Notes under the pieces: model-generated | Told to the model about the DNA's origin: nothing | Databases searched by the model: none | Seen by the model: only the letters and a program-made list of their open reading frames with translations | Shown here: positions 36,714 to 46,306 of the stretch, piece by piece | How positions within the stretch are numbered: position 1 is the first letter of the stretch | Layout: every line of letters starts with the position of its first letter | Assembly: GCA_038851325.1 (NCBI GenBank) | Contig: JAWCKZ010000001.1 | Coordinates: 111,410 to 175,409 of the forward strand | Direction: 5' to 3' | DNA length: 64,000 bases | From: Candidatus Bilamarchaeaceae archaeon | GTDB lineage: Archaea; Micrarchaeota; Micrarchaeia; Anstonellales; Bilamarchaeaceae | Program-made: the position numbers and the translations under genes

Positions 36714-37439
36714 TCAACCGTACATGCTTCCTGATTCTGTTACTGAAGGTCCTTTTTTTGATATCTTTGAGTGTATTATACTTTCCTTCAGCGCCTTGGC
36801 TTCCTTATCGAGCTCAGCTGTGTTTATCTCAACACCTATAAGCTTTGAAAGTGTTTTCAAAGCTCTGCTCGCTGCCTTAGAATCGAGATACTCTTCTGAT
36901 GATTCCACAAGAATGGTAATAACTGGAAAGTTGAACACAGAGCCCATGAATAGCAGCAGACCAGTTACACCTGTTGTTGCCCCTTCCTTTATAGGCTTGG
37001 CAATCTTCCTGTCAGCGAGTTCCTTCGTAAGTTCCTTGCTTGATGAGATGACATAAACCTCACCCTCCTTCTCCTTGAGCGAGATCCCTCCAAGCGATAT
37101 TATCTGCCGTGCATTCAAGGACCGTGCAAATGAGTATATACCGTTTGCGAGTTCATTCGAAGTAGAGATGGGTATCGACATTTCGGAAAGAATGACAACA
37201 AGATTGTATTTCTCGGAATAATGGATACGCGCGGCTGGCATGGGAGTGTAATTATGGATCGCTGCGAGGGGGGCAAACTCATCACTCGTTATGTAACCAC
37301 CAAAGTCAAGTTTTAAAATGTCCACCAAATGAGCAACAGCAACGCTGCCGACAAGGCCTGTTCCTGGAAACCCTACGATCATGGTAGGTTTTTGGAGCCT
37401 TTTCATATTCGCTATTTTATGAAATTCAACTTTTGTCAT
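36714..37439 (-). CDS. PAC2-family proteasome assembly chaperone (PbaA/PbaB-like)
   Basis: N-terminal TMIVGFPGTGLVGSVAVAHLV matches the PAC2 signature, about 240 aa. Confidence 0.7.
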   Translation of the reverse strand: MTKVEFHKIANMKRLQKPTMIVGFPGTGLVGSVAVAHLVDILKLDFGGYITSDEFAPLAAIHNYTPMPAARIHYSEKYNLVVILSEMSIPISTSNELANGIYSFARSLNARQIISLGGISLKEKEGEVYVISSSKELTKELADRKIAKPIKEGATTGVTGLLLFMGSVFNFPVITILVESSEEYLDSKAASRALKTLSKLIGVEINTAELDKEAKALKESIIHSKISKKGPSVTESGSMYG

Positions 37440-37499
37440 AAAGCTAATTTCAAGCGCATCCTTTTTATAATTTCCTTCTCCAGATATTATAGGGTATGT

Positions 37500-38360
37500 A
37501 TGCTCTTAGAACAGATGCTATTTGAGAATGTTGGCGTGCCAGTGCCGGGCGAGCTTGTAAGACTTATAGTTGCACTTGCAGGCGTAGCGATCGCAACTTA
37601 TTACGACGTTTTCAATAGAAAGAATATTCCAGATAAATTCCTGTACGGCTTTCTTGCAGTGGCGGTGCTTTTAAATCTTGTCTTTTTTGATGCAGACCTA
37701 CTCATATTTACAATGTGTGTAGCGTTATTCTTTGCTGTTATCGGATATGTTTTCTACAGAGCGGGTCAAATAGGAGGTGCGGATGTTATAACAATGGTAT
37801 GTATAGTCCTTCTCGTACCATTTGTGCCATCCTTTGCAAGCATGCCGTTCAGGGTACCATTCATAATCCCAGTAATTATATTTGGTGGTCTTCTCTTTGC
37901 AGTTTACGCAACAGCGAAATTTGGTCTGAAGATTCTTTCAGAAGGCGGGAATCCAAGAGTAGTATATGGTCTTCTTATAATACCATATCTTATTTTTGCG
38001 TATGTCTACGCAACATCGCCCTTATTCTCTCCTACCTACTTTGGTATAATCACAGTTCTCCTTCTAGCAACGATATTCTTTATGATGTACAAGGATGATA
38101 TAAATGGTATGCTCGCTGAAGAACTCCCTGTGGAACAACTTGAACCAGAGGATGTTGTTGCATTTGAACTAATGGATGCTGAACTCGTAAAGAAACTTGA
38201 TCTGAAAAGGGTGCTGACAGAAGCAGAGATAGAAAAACTTAAACAGGCAAACATTGCGAGCATATGGATTTACACCAATCTTCCGCCGTTCCTCCCATTT
38301 CTTCTTATGGGCATGCTTCTCGCTATGTTTTTCTCAAACGCACTCTTGTTTGGGTTATAG
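37500..38360 (+). CDS. A24-family aspartic peptidase (archaeal prepilin/preflagellin peptidase, PibD/FlaK-like)
   Basis: Polytopic membrane protein with catalytic-type Asp motifs (YYDVFNRK...; AGQIGGADVITMV, the GGAD motif of FlaK/PibD). ORF track start at 37329 overlaps the convergent gene, so ATG at 37500 was chosen. Confidence 0.6.
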   Translation: MLLEQMLFENVGVPVPGELVRLIVALAGVAIATYYDVFNRKNIPDKFLYGFLAVAVLLNLVFFDADLLIFTMCVALFFAVIGYVFYRAGQIGGADVITMVCIVLLVPFVPSFASMPFRVPFIIPVIIFGGLLFAVYATAKFGLKILSEGGNPRVVYGLLIIPYLIFAYVYATSPLFSPTYFGIITVLLLATIFFMMYKDDINGMLAEELPVEQLEPEDVVAFELMDAELVKKLDLKRVLTEAEIEKLKQANIASIWIYTNLPPFLPFLLMGMLLAMFFSNALLFGL

Positions 38361-38362
38361 TA

Positions 38363-39547
38363 ATGGATCTGATCGAGCTGCTTAACTATGCACTTGCATT
38401 TATGGCTGTGTATGTGGTTATTTTTTACTTTCTCCTTTTATTTATTTATAAGAAACAATATGACGAGGAACCGCGAGCAATCAAGTGGACACCAAAAGTC
38501 TCAGTTGTAATCCCTGCTTATAACGAAGAAGAGCACATAGAGAAATGCATTCAGAGTATCCTCTCTCTTGATTACCCTAAGGATAAACTTGAAGTGCTTG
38601 TCATAGACGATGGCTCAACAGATAAAACGGCTGAAATTGCAAGAAAATTCGTGAGCAATGGCGTAAAGGTTTTTAGAAAAGAAAATGGAGGAAAAGGGCG
38701 AGCACTCAATTATGGTATCCAAAGAGCTAATGGGGAATTCATTATAACGATGGATGCGGATTCCTATGTTTGCCCACACACACTACGTCAACTTTTGCCA
38801 TACTTCAAAGATAAAGAAGTAATGGCAGTAACACCTGCAATTAAAATAGAACCATCCAACTCTTTGATAAAGGAACTCCAGCGAATAGAGTATCTCATGA
38901 TAATATTTTCAAGAAAACTATTGAGTTTCATAGACGCAGTTCCTGTTACACCTGGGCCTTTCAGTATGTTCCGCGCAAAGGTGTTTAGAGAGATAGGCGG
39001 ATTTGACGAAGACAATCTTGTAGAAGACCAAGAGATTGCACTCAGGATGCAAGCACACCATTACAAGATAAGAAGCTCTGTGAATGCTGATGTTTATACC
39101 AGCCCTCCAACCACATTTTCAGAACTTCTGAGGCAGAGGGTAAGATGGCAGCGTGGCGGTGTAAGAAACTACTGGAAATACAGGTTTATGATAAGACCAG
39201 AATATGGAGATTTCGGAATGTTTTTTATACCATTGAATTTCCTAACTCTTGCTGCCTTCTTCGTTGTTCTTGGATTAATGATAAATGCAGTCTTCTCGAC
39301 CCCGTATTACATCAAATATATTTTGATAGAGAGTATAGGACTAAGTATCGATGAGCTAACAATACCTTTATTTTTCGCTGGCGCAGCATCCGTCGCCTGG
39401 CTTTTTTTGGTGATTAAATGTTTTGAGAAGGAAAGGGTGGGGCTTTTGCCTCTTGCAGTATACTACCTCTTTTACTGGTATCTTATGCTCTGGTATAACC
39501 TTATAATGGTTTACCAGGAATTAAAAGGCGAAAAGAAGGCTTGGTAG
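38363..39547 (+). CDS. processive family-2 glycosyltransferase (NodC/chitin-, hyaluronan- and cellulose-synthase-like)
   Basis: D, DxD (DAD) and Q-x-x-R-W (QRVRWQRG) motifs. N-terminal TM plus four C-terminal TM helices, typical of membrane-embedded polysaccharide synthases. Confidence 0.8.
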   Translation: MDLIELLNYALAFMAVYVVIFYFLLLFIYKKQYDEEPRAIKWTPKVSVVIPAYNEEEHIEKCIQSILSLDYPKDKLEVLVIDDGSTDKTAEIARKFVSNGVKVFRKENGGKGRALNYGIQRANGEFIITMDADSYVCPHTLRQLLPYFKDKEVMAVTPAIKIEPSNSLIKELQRIEYLMIIFSRKLLSFIDAVPVTPGPFSMFRAKVFREIGGFDEDNLVEDQEIALRMQAHHYKIRSSVNADVYTSPPTTFSELLRQRVRWQRGGVRNYWKYRFMIRPEYGDFGMFFIPLNFLTLAAFFVVLGLMINAVFSTPYYIKYILIESIGLSIDELTIPLFFAGAASVAWLFLVIKCFEKERVGLLPLAVYYLFYWYLMLWYNLIMVYQELKGEKKAW

Positions 39548-39589
39548 GATTGCAAGGATTGCACCTGGCCTGCGAATAGTGGTGGTCTT

Positions 39590-40243
39590 TTGAAAAGGCA
39601 GATATCATTTGAGATATACCTGATTGCGTTTATAATCGCGACTGCGATATTCGCAGTCGGAATTTTTGTCGGCAAAATTCTGGATAACACGAAAATAACC
39701 TCTATCTCAAGCCAAGTCAACGGCCTTTCTCAACGCCTTATGACTTTGCAGATAATATCACTCATGGAGGAGAACAACTCTGCTTTCTGCTCGGTATACC
39801 GCTCAGAGTTTTCCTTCATAGAAAATGAAAGAGAGAAACTCGGTTATGAATTGACCTATCTTGAAGAAAAAAAAGAGGTATACGACCCAGAGACAAAAAG
39901 GATGTATTTCTTATTGGAAGCACAATCTTATCTTCTTTCGAAGAAACTTAAGGACATCTGCGCTGACGAAACAGTGCTGCTGTTATACTTCTACTCAAAC
40001 GCCAACTGCTCGCGATGTGGGCAGCAAGGTGCTGAAAACTTGGCTGCTAAAGAGGAAGCCATCAAACAAAACATAAGCGTTAGGATCTACTCCTTCGATG
40101 GCGACCTTGGTAGCCCTGTTGTAGACGCATTCAAAATGCAGTATAACGTGAAAGCCTACCCAACACTCGTAATAAACGGGGTTTCCTATCCTGGCGAGAT
40201 GAAGAAGGAGCAAATTCTGGAGGCAATAAAAAATGCAGATTGA
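39590..40243 (+). CDS. membrane-anchored thioredoxin-fold protein with CxxC (CSRC)
   Basis: N-terminal TM helix. C-terminal NCSRCGQ...AYPTLVINGVSYPG resembles thioredoxin/DsbA-like CxxC plus cis-Pro region. Confidence 0.5.
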   Translation: MKRQISFEIYLIAFIIATAIFAVGIFVGKILDNTKITSISSQVNGLSQRLMTLQIISLMEENNSAFCSVYRSEFSFIENEREKLGYELTYLEEKKEVYDPETKRMYFLLEAQSYLLSKKLKDICADETVLLLYFYSNANCSRCGQQGAENLAAKEEAIKQNISVRIYSFDGDLGSPVVDAFKMQYNVKAYPTLVINGVSYPGEMKKEQILEAIKNAD

Positions 40244-40481
40244 GATAACCGTTGTTCCAAATTCACCGAGATTTAAGATTGTCAAGAAAGGCGAAGATAT
40301 CAAGGTTTATGTAAGAGCTCAGCCTGAGAAAAACAGAGCGAACGCAGAACTCATAAAAGAATTCGAATCTCTTTTCGGTAGACCGGTGCGAATCGTGTCA
40401 GGAATGACGTCCAGGAGAAAAACTATAGAGATCCCGGTAAGCGAAAGCGAATTTGAGAAATGCTTATCTAAAATTTCATGA
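40233..40481 (+). CDS. DUF167 / YggU-family small protein
   Basis: 82 aa. KANAELIKEFESLFGRPVRIVSGMTSRRK matches the UPF0235/YggU signature. Confidence 0.65.
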   Translation: MQIEITVVPNSPRFKIVKKGEDIKVYVRAQPEKNRANAELIKEFESLFGRPVRIVSGMTSRRKTIEIPVSESEFEKCLSKIS

Positions 40482-40519
40482 ATAACCACAACCAATTAAA
40501 ATTTAATGGAGAATAAATA

Positions 40520-41329
40520 ATGTTTATGGAAACAACGGTTTCCCGCTTCAGATATAAGGGCAAGATGTACAAGGTGGAGACACCGCTAAGAAGACAGAAT
40601 GTTGGAAGACTTCTCCAGCGATGGCTTTGTGATGACATTGCTATAAGAGTAAGCGCGATAGACCTGTGCGGGCCGTCCAGGGGAGAAAGAATGATAAAGC
40701 GAGTAGATGGATACACGATAAAAGAATCAGAGAACGCAGAGGCGGAGTTCAGAACAACGCTCAGAGCGGAGGAGATAACAGATTTAACGCCGATGGCTGG
40801 TGGCCTTCTGCTGGAGGAGGGAAGTAAGCATGGCTTTGTATCAGTGCAGTTCTTTGATGGAATACCGGTTGTAAACATAAACACATCCACGTTGCAGAGA
40901 AGGGATAAAGAGAGCATCACCAAGGCTGTTCTGTTCAGTATGGGAAGGCTTCATATCGGCGATAGGAAAAATAGCATTCTTCATCGGGATGCGCACTTAG
41001 GAAATTTTATAATAATCCCTAATCCGGACGACAATGAATTGCTCACAAGAACTACCAAAAGAGCAGAGATACGAATTGTGGACCTTGAAAAGGCCCTTAT
41101 CGCGCAATTTAATAAGAAATTGCTTGAACCCATGGCTTACGACCTTCTTCGTGCGATTAATCAGTTGATATGGGATGGCTTTCTTCAAAAGGATGAGGTC
41201 TTAAACTTCCTTGATTCGTATCTTGAGGGGAATACTCGCTTTGATAGAAAAGAAGTCGTTAGCATGCTAAAAGAAAGTATTCCAAAACACCCAAAACTTA
41301 AGGCAGTGCAGGAACTGAAGATGCTCTAA
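40520..41329 (+). CDS. protein-kinase-like fold protein (RIO/Bud32/Kdo-kinase-like atypical kinase)
   Basis: Catalytic-loop-like LHRDAHLGNFII and downstream IVDLEKA (DFG-equivalent metal-binding Asp). Resembles HGDLHxGN of Kdo/RIO/Bud32 kinases. The N-terminal lobe is divergent. Confidence 0.45.
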   Translation: MFMETTVSRFRYKGKMYKVETPLRRQNVGRLLQRWLCDDIAIRVSAIDLCGPSRGERMIKRVDGYTIKESENAEAEFRTTLRAEEITDLTPMAGGLLLEEGSKHGFVSVQFFDGIPVVNINTSTLQRRDKESITKAVLFSMGRLHIGDRKNSILHRDAHLGNFIIIPNPDDNELLTRTTKRAEIRIVDLEKALIAQFNKKLLEPMAYDLLRAINQLIWDGFLQKDEVLNFLDSYLEGNTRFDRKEVVSMLKESIPKHPKLKAVQELKML

Positions 41330-41417
41330 AACAGATAAATATAGGTTTAAAGCGTTTTCGCTCTAAATAATGAAAAAAAAAGACCAGTTAGTTTATTCTG
41401 TTTAAGATGGTGATACG

Positions 41418-41612
41418 ATGGAAAAAAAGAAACAATTAGCTAAGAATCCAGCGGAGGATTACGGAAAAAGGCAAGGGTACAAAACTAGGCTTGACGGATG
41501 CCATTGCTACCGCATCTTTGTGCAAGATCTTGAAAAAAAGATGTCTGCAACGAATGTAAGCAGATACGCAGAGGAAAGGAAAAATCCTTTTTGCAGGATG
41601 TGCCCGCTCTAG
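41418..41612 (+). CDS. small Cys-containing protein (possible zinc ribbon), hypothetical
   Basis: 64 aa with CHCY ... CRMCP. Confidence 0.3.
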   Translation: MEKKKQLAKNPAEDYGKRQGYKTRLDGCHCYRIFVQDLEKKMSATNVSRYAEERKNPFCRMCPL

Positions 41613-41894
41613 TTCCTGGCTTAGTTTTTGCTTTTTTCTTTGTAAAAGTTTAAAAAATACCACCAACAACCTCACAAGATTTTCATTTTATTCCTTTCGA
41701 CTCCAACGAACGAAGAAAATTTGAGAGTTGAGATAGCTCAGCTAAGGCAGCAGTTGGCGAGGGCGTTGAAGAGGGTATTTCAGCTGGCAAAGGAAGATGA
41801 AAAGCTGCAGGCAGCTCAGGCAATTCCTCAACGAAAATACTCCTTCGAAAATTTCTTTCGATAATATTTTATTTCTCCTCGACGATTATTAGTC

Positions 41895-44426
41895 ATGATG
41901 ACATCCGAGACTCTTATAGTAGAGCGGTTCGGCTCGCTCACAGAAATTCAGAAAAAGGCAATACCAGTGATAGCAGAAGGAGCGAATGCGCTTCTAATTG
42001 CACCAACCGGACATGGTAAAACAGAGGCTGCTCTTCTTCCAGTGCTAGAAGGAATAAAGGAAAAGCCCGGCATTTCTGCGCTCTATATCACGCCGTTAAG
42101 AAGCCTAAACCGTGACCTCCTTTCAAGATTCCATTACTGGTGTGAAAAGCTTGCGATAACAAGAGATATACGCCACGGTGATACTCCTCAATCTGCAAGG
42201 ACGCGGCACAGAAGAAAACCACCGCAGATAGTGCTGACAACAATAGAAAGCCTCCAGGCACTCCTCGTCGCTCCTGTTATGCGCTCGCATCTTAAGAATG
42301 TGAGATATGTCATAGTGGACGAGGTCCATGATATATTGGATAACAAGAGGGGAGCGCAACTCTCGCTATCACTCGAAAGGCTTGAAGAGATAGCTAATTT
42401 TAAAAGAGTAGGAATCAGCGCTACCCTTCCAAACCCTCATGAGGCCGCAGCGCTGCTATTTGGAGATAGAGATTATAAAGTAATCGAAGGAGGCCGCGCA
42501 AGAGAGATGGAAATAAAGATTGAATATTTATCTGATAAAGAAAAGCGACTTGAAAGACTTAAGGAGCTCGCAGAAGCTAACCGTGCGCTCATATTTGTGA
42601 ACACAAGAAGTACAGCAGAAGAGATAGGCGCGTGGCTCAAGGAGAAGGGCGCTCCCATAGAAGTTCATCATGGCTCCCTTTCAAAGGAGGTCAGAATAGC
42701 TGCAGAAGACCGCTTCAAAAGTGGCGAGATAAAATCTCTACTCTGTACGTCCTCCCTTGAGCTTGGGATAGATGTTGGGGACGTAGATCTTGTGGTACAA
42801 TACGGCTCTCCTCATCAAGTATTCCGTCTCATTCAAAGGGTTGGACGCTCAGGCCACAGCACTGGCAGGATACCAAAAGGTACCATTCTTCCTGTCGATT
42901 TTGACGATTTGTTAGAGTCGGAGGCGCTTGTTTCCTTGATGAACAACGGCTGGATGGAAAAGAAAATCATTGAAAAAGGCGCATTGGATGTAATTGCGCA
43001 CCAGCTCGTAGGCATCCTATTAGAACGATATACTACAAGGATAGAGGATATCCATAAGATCTTGTCTAGATCAGCAGCATATGGAATCTCCCTTGAAAAG
43101 CTAAGAGCGATAGTCCTTCAACTGTACGCAGAAGGTCTTCTATTTATTAATAAGGACGAAGCCCTTAGAGCAAGAAGAAGGGCCAGGAAATATTATTACT
43201 CATACCTTAGCACAATACCAAAGACAAAGCGTTTTTTGCTTAGAGATTCCTCCTCGAATAGAGCCATTGCATCATTGGACGAGGATTTTGTTGCAAGCCT
43301 CAACATAGGAGATGAATTTCTTGCAAAGGGTCAGGTATGGGAGGTTCTTGATGTAACAGATGAGGAAGTACTTGCCACACCAGGCTCAGGACTTGATATA
43401 ACCGTTCCATCGTGGGTTGGAGAGGACATACCAGTTGCAAGAGAAGTGGCCGAGGCTGTCGGGGTACTGAGAAGAAATGAAAGAAAGGAGGGTATGCTTC
43501 CGGATGATAAGAACATTGTAATGGAGGTGGTGAATGACCTCGTAGTAATTCATTCGTGTTTTGGAAGCAGAATAAATGAGACTATAGCAAGAGCCTTTGC
43601 GCATCGCCTCTCTGAGTACATAGGAGAGAGTGTGAGGACAGCAGCAGACCCTTATAGGGTAATGATAAAATGTCCATTTCCAATAAAAGGGAAAAAGCTT
43701 CTTGAAGTGTTTTCAAATCTTCGTGATGTCCGCACAACTGTGGAGCAAAGCCTTAGAAACTCGATGTTACTCAGGATGAAGTTCACGCATGTCGCACGAA
43801 TGTTTGGGCTTGTTGAAGAGGATGCCATGGCCAACCAAAAGTTTATAGACGCCCTACGCTATTCTGTTGTTTACGAAGAAGCGGTTCGCTCCATCACATT
43901 TAGATACTTCGATGTAAAAGGCGCGGCGGAACTACTTGAAAAAACCCGTAAGGGAGAAAAAAAACTTATCTTAGATGAAAGAAAAGAACCAAGCTTCTTC
44001 GCTACGATAGGACTAACGCGGGTATCAGCAAAGGAAGCTGTGGGAATGTTTGAACCAAGGGAGCGGATGATCGCTGCGCTTAAGGAGAAGGTTCTTTCAA
44101 GAGCAGAAGAGCTCGTCTGCCTAAACTGCGGTGCTACTAGATATCTTTATCTGGCAAGTGCCACTGATAATGATCTTAAATGCTCAAGATGCGGAGAGAG
44201 AGCGCTCGCACCCAAACATGGGAGAGAAGAAGAAAGCGAGCATGCAGCTGCTCTCATAAGAAACTACGGCAAAAGAGCGCTGATTGCGCTCTCAATCTAT
44301 GGAATTGGACCTGCCACTGCAGAGAGGATACTTGCAAAGTTGCACAGAGATGAAAACTCTTTTTATTTGGATCTAATAAACGCCCAGAAAATGTTTGTCA
44401 AAACCAAGAAATACTGGAAAGCATGA
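41895..44426 (+). CDS. lhr: Lhr-type ATP-dependent helicase (Lhr-core, superfamily 2) with a C-terminal zinc ribbon
   Basis: Walker A APTGHGKT, DEAD-box variant VIVDEVHD, helicase C domain, Lhr-specific WH/domain-4 region. C-terminal CLNCG...CSRCG. Confidence 0.85.
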   Translation: MMTSETLIVERFGSLTEIQKKAIPVIAEGANALLIAPTGHGKTEAALLPVLEGIKEKPGISALYITPLRSLNRDLLSRFHYWCEKLAITRDIRHGDTPQSARTRHRRKPPQIVLTTIESLQALLVAPVMRSHLKNVRYVIVDEVHDILDNKRGAQLSLSLERLEEIANFKRVGISATLPNPHEAAALLFGDRDYKVIEGGRAREMEIKIEYLSDKEKRLERLKELAEANRALIFVNTRSTAEEIGAWLKEKGAPIEVHHGSLSKEVRIAAEDRFKSGEIKSLLCTSSLELGIDVGDVDLVVQYGSPHQVFRLIQRVGRSGHSTGRIPKGTILPVDFDDLLESEALVSLMNNGWMEKKIIEKGALDVIAHQLVGILLERYTTRIEDIHKILSRSAAYGISLEKLRAIVLQLYAEGLLFINKDEALRARRRARKYYYSYLSTIPKTKRFLLRDSSSNRAIASLDEDFVASLNIGDEFLAKGQVWEVLDVTDEEVLATPGSGLDITVPSWVGEDIPVAREVAEAVGVLRRNERKEGMLPDDKNIVMEVVNDLVVIHSCFGSRINETIARAFAHRLSEYIGESVRTAADPYRVMIKCPFPIKGKKLLEVFSNLRDVRTTVEQSLRNSMLLRMKFTHVARMFGLVEEDAMANQKFIDALRYSVVYEEAVRSITFRYFDVKGAAELLEKTRKGEKKLILDERKEPSFFATIGLTRVSAKEAVGMFEPRERMIAALKEKVLSRAEELVCLNCGATRYLYLASATDNDLKCSRCGERALAPKHGREEESEHAAALIRNYGKRALIALSIYGIGPATAERILAKLHRDENSFYLDLINAQKMFVKTKKYWKA

Positions 44427-44478
44427 GGAGCGAAAACGAAAAATTTAAAGAGCATAGATAATAATTAAAAGCGGTGAG

Positions 44479-45780
44479 GTGATGACAAATCTGCAAAAAT
44501 TACTCTTGGCTTTAGCATTCGTGATCTCTATTACTCTCATAGCATTCGTTATCAGTTCTCAACAAACTGAAAAGGAAGACGACAAGTTCAAAGAAGAAAG
44601 AGAAATAATAAATTTTTCAATAAGGTTCGGAAAAGGAGTGGATAATTACACTTATGGCTTTATAGAGGTTTATAATGGATATCCGGAAGCATTTAAGCTC
44701 GTGAAAAATGGGAAGATGAGGTATGCAGAAGTAGACGACCTCATAAGCTTAAAAAGACTTTATCTGTTTGAGAATGATACCATACTCTGCGTTGATTACA
44801 TGGACAGGAGTGTGTGCTCCTCCATAATCAATGAAAGCGACAGGCTTGGATACAAAGGTTTTATCCTAAAAAAATTCTTTAATGACGAAAGAATTGTAGA
44901 AGAGGAACGTCTCTACAGCGCACTCTTTGATGGTGGTCACATAATAATAAAAGGAGTAAGCAATGCAACTGTAGACGGCCACCCGTGCAAGATGGTAGAG
45001 TATACCATAGATTACGCAAATGTTACGGCCGCTGAGGCGTCAAGACTTGGCATAATACTATCGCCAACTCACCCAAAACACTTTGAATGGAAGGTGTGTG
45101 CGGATGACAGAATGGTGTATTATAAATACTTCAATTATACCTATCTTGGAAAACCAACAGAATTTGAGATAAAGATAACGACCTATGGCTCTCCATCAGA
45201 AATAGTTCCGCCCGAAGACCTAAGTAAGGGAGCATACGACCTCCTCCTTGAGGAAAATGAGCGCAGAAGCGAGTTGATAGGCTGTTTTGAAGGTGAAGAA
45301 AGGGACAGGTGCGTAGCAATGATTGCTCTAAACCTAATGAACGCTCGACTGTGTGAGTATGCCGGAGAGAGAAGGGATAGATGCCTTGTGAGCATAGTGC
45401 CGTTCAGGCTCGACGAGGGAATATGCGACAAAATAGTGGACCAGTCGTTTAAGGATGATTGCTACATCGAGCTCGCTGGTGGGAAGAAAAATAGCACCTA
45501 CTGCGCGAGGATAGCGAATTCAAGCAAGATAGAATTCTGTATGAACGTCTCGAGGGAGGAACAGACATCAGAAATAGCAAATCCGGCAGCAACGAATTGC
45601 GCAAACAAAGGATATCAATATGAAATAAGAACAGACGCAGAAGGAGGGCAGTATGGAGTATGTATTTATGAAGGCAAAGAATGCGATGAGTGGGCACTTT
45701 TCAGGGGAGAGTGCTGCCTTACAAATGCTGATTGCAAAGAAGGAGAGAGCTGCGCTGATAATAGATGTGTTATCCAGTAA
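44479..45780 (+). CDS. membrane-anchored extracellular Cys-rich protein, hypothetical
   Basis: N-terminal TM (LLLALAFVISITLIAFVI), many N-x-S/T sequons, C-terminal third with repeated Cys motifs (RDRCVAMIA...ARLC, RDRCLVSIV...EGIC, CARIANSSKIEFC, CCLTNADCKEGESCADNRC). Confidence 0.4.
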   Translation: MMTNLQKLLLALAFVISITLIAFVISSQQTEKEDDKFKEEREIINFSIRFGKGVDNYTYGFIEVYNGYPEAFKLVKNGKMRYAEVDDLISLKRLYLFENDTILCVDYMDRSVCSSIINESDRLGYKGFILKKFFNDERIVEEERLYSALFDGGHIIIKGVSNATVDGHPCKMVEYTIDYANVTAAEASRLGIILSPTHPKHFEWKVCADDRMVYYKYFNYTYLGKPTEFEIKITTYGSPSEIVPPEDLSKGAYDLLLEENERRSELIGCFEGEERDRCVAMIALNLMNARLCEYAGERRDRCLVSIVPFRLDEGICDKIVDQSFKDDCYIELAGGKKNSTYCARIANSSKIEFCMNVSREEQTSEIANPAATNCANKGYQYEIRTDAEGGQYGVCIYEGKECDEWALFRGECCLTNADCKEGESCADNRCVIQ

Positions 45781-45800
45781 ATAAGGACAAACTTGAAAAA

Positions 45801-46180
45801 CGGGCCCAGAGGGATTTTCACCATCCTGAGAACTATCTCAGGGTTTGGGTAAGCCCTGGCCTTTGCCCTTAAAAGAGTAGCAATAAACACAGTTCATTGC
45901 GCCCCTTGAACGAAACGTCGTTCAAGCGGGAAGCCAAAGGCTTGGGTTTGAACCCTCGACACACGGATTTCAGCCACCCGCTTCTTTTATGAAGGCAAAC
46001 GGTTTTCTTTTCCGATAGCCTACCGTTTTTCTTTTCCAAAAGAAAAGGGGGTGGTAAGAGTCCGTCGCTCTACCATTTCAGGAAACCGTTGACTTAGTTC
46101 ACCTCAGGGCTTTGGGTGAGCGTAAGCCTTTGCCCTAAAAAGGACATAAGTCAAAGGCTTCGAGCTGAGCTATGGGCCCG
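45801..46180 (+). ncRNA. GC-rich structured non-coding locus (candidate ncRNA of about 380 nt). Terminal helix GGGCCCA/UGGGCCC. Two internally homologous domains. Identity unresolved (RNase P-like or other). Strand uncertain.
   Basis: About 55% GC in a roughly 40% GC genome. No ORF. 5' GGGCCCA (45802-45808) complements 3' TGGGCCC (46173-46179). Duplicated element CAGGG(C)TTTGGGT(A/G)AG...GCCTTTGCCCT(T/A)AAAAG, each closed by a distal CAAAGGCTT complement. Confidence 0.4.
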
Positions 46181-46306
46181 CGCAATTATAGGCTAGTTGC
46201 CTATAAATAACCACACCATTACTATCTATTACGATTTTTAATTCTTCTGTCATTTTATCAACGAGCCTGCTGCAGATTATCCAGCGGAATACAGAACATA
46301 CTTTTT

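Noticed and set aside
41700-41875. Possible 50-aa TTG-initiated coiled-coil peptide (LRVEIAQLRQQLARALKRVFQLAKEDEKLQAAQ...) upstream of lhr
   Set aside because: Below the ORF-track threshold, non-ATG start, and no RBS evident. It could equally be a structured 5' UTR. Insufficient support.
45801-46180. Confident call of RNase P RNA
   Set aside because: The universally conserved CR-I (GGAAAGUCCGGGC) and clear P4 pairing could not be located by eye, and the internal duplication is atypical. It is kept only as an unassigned structured RNA candidate.
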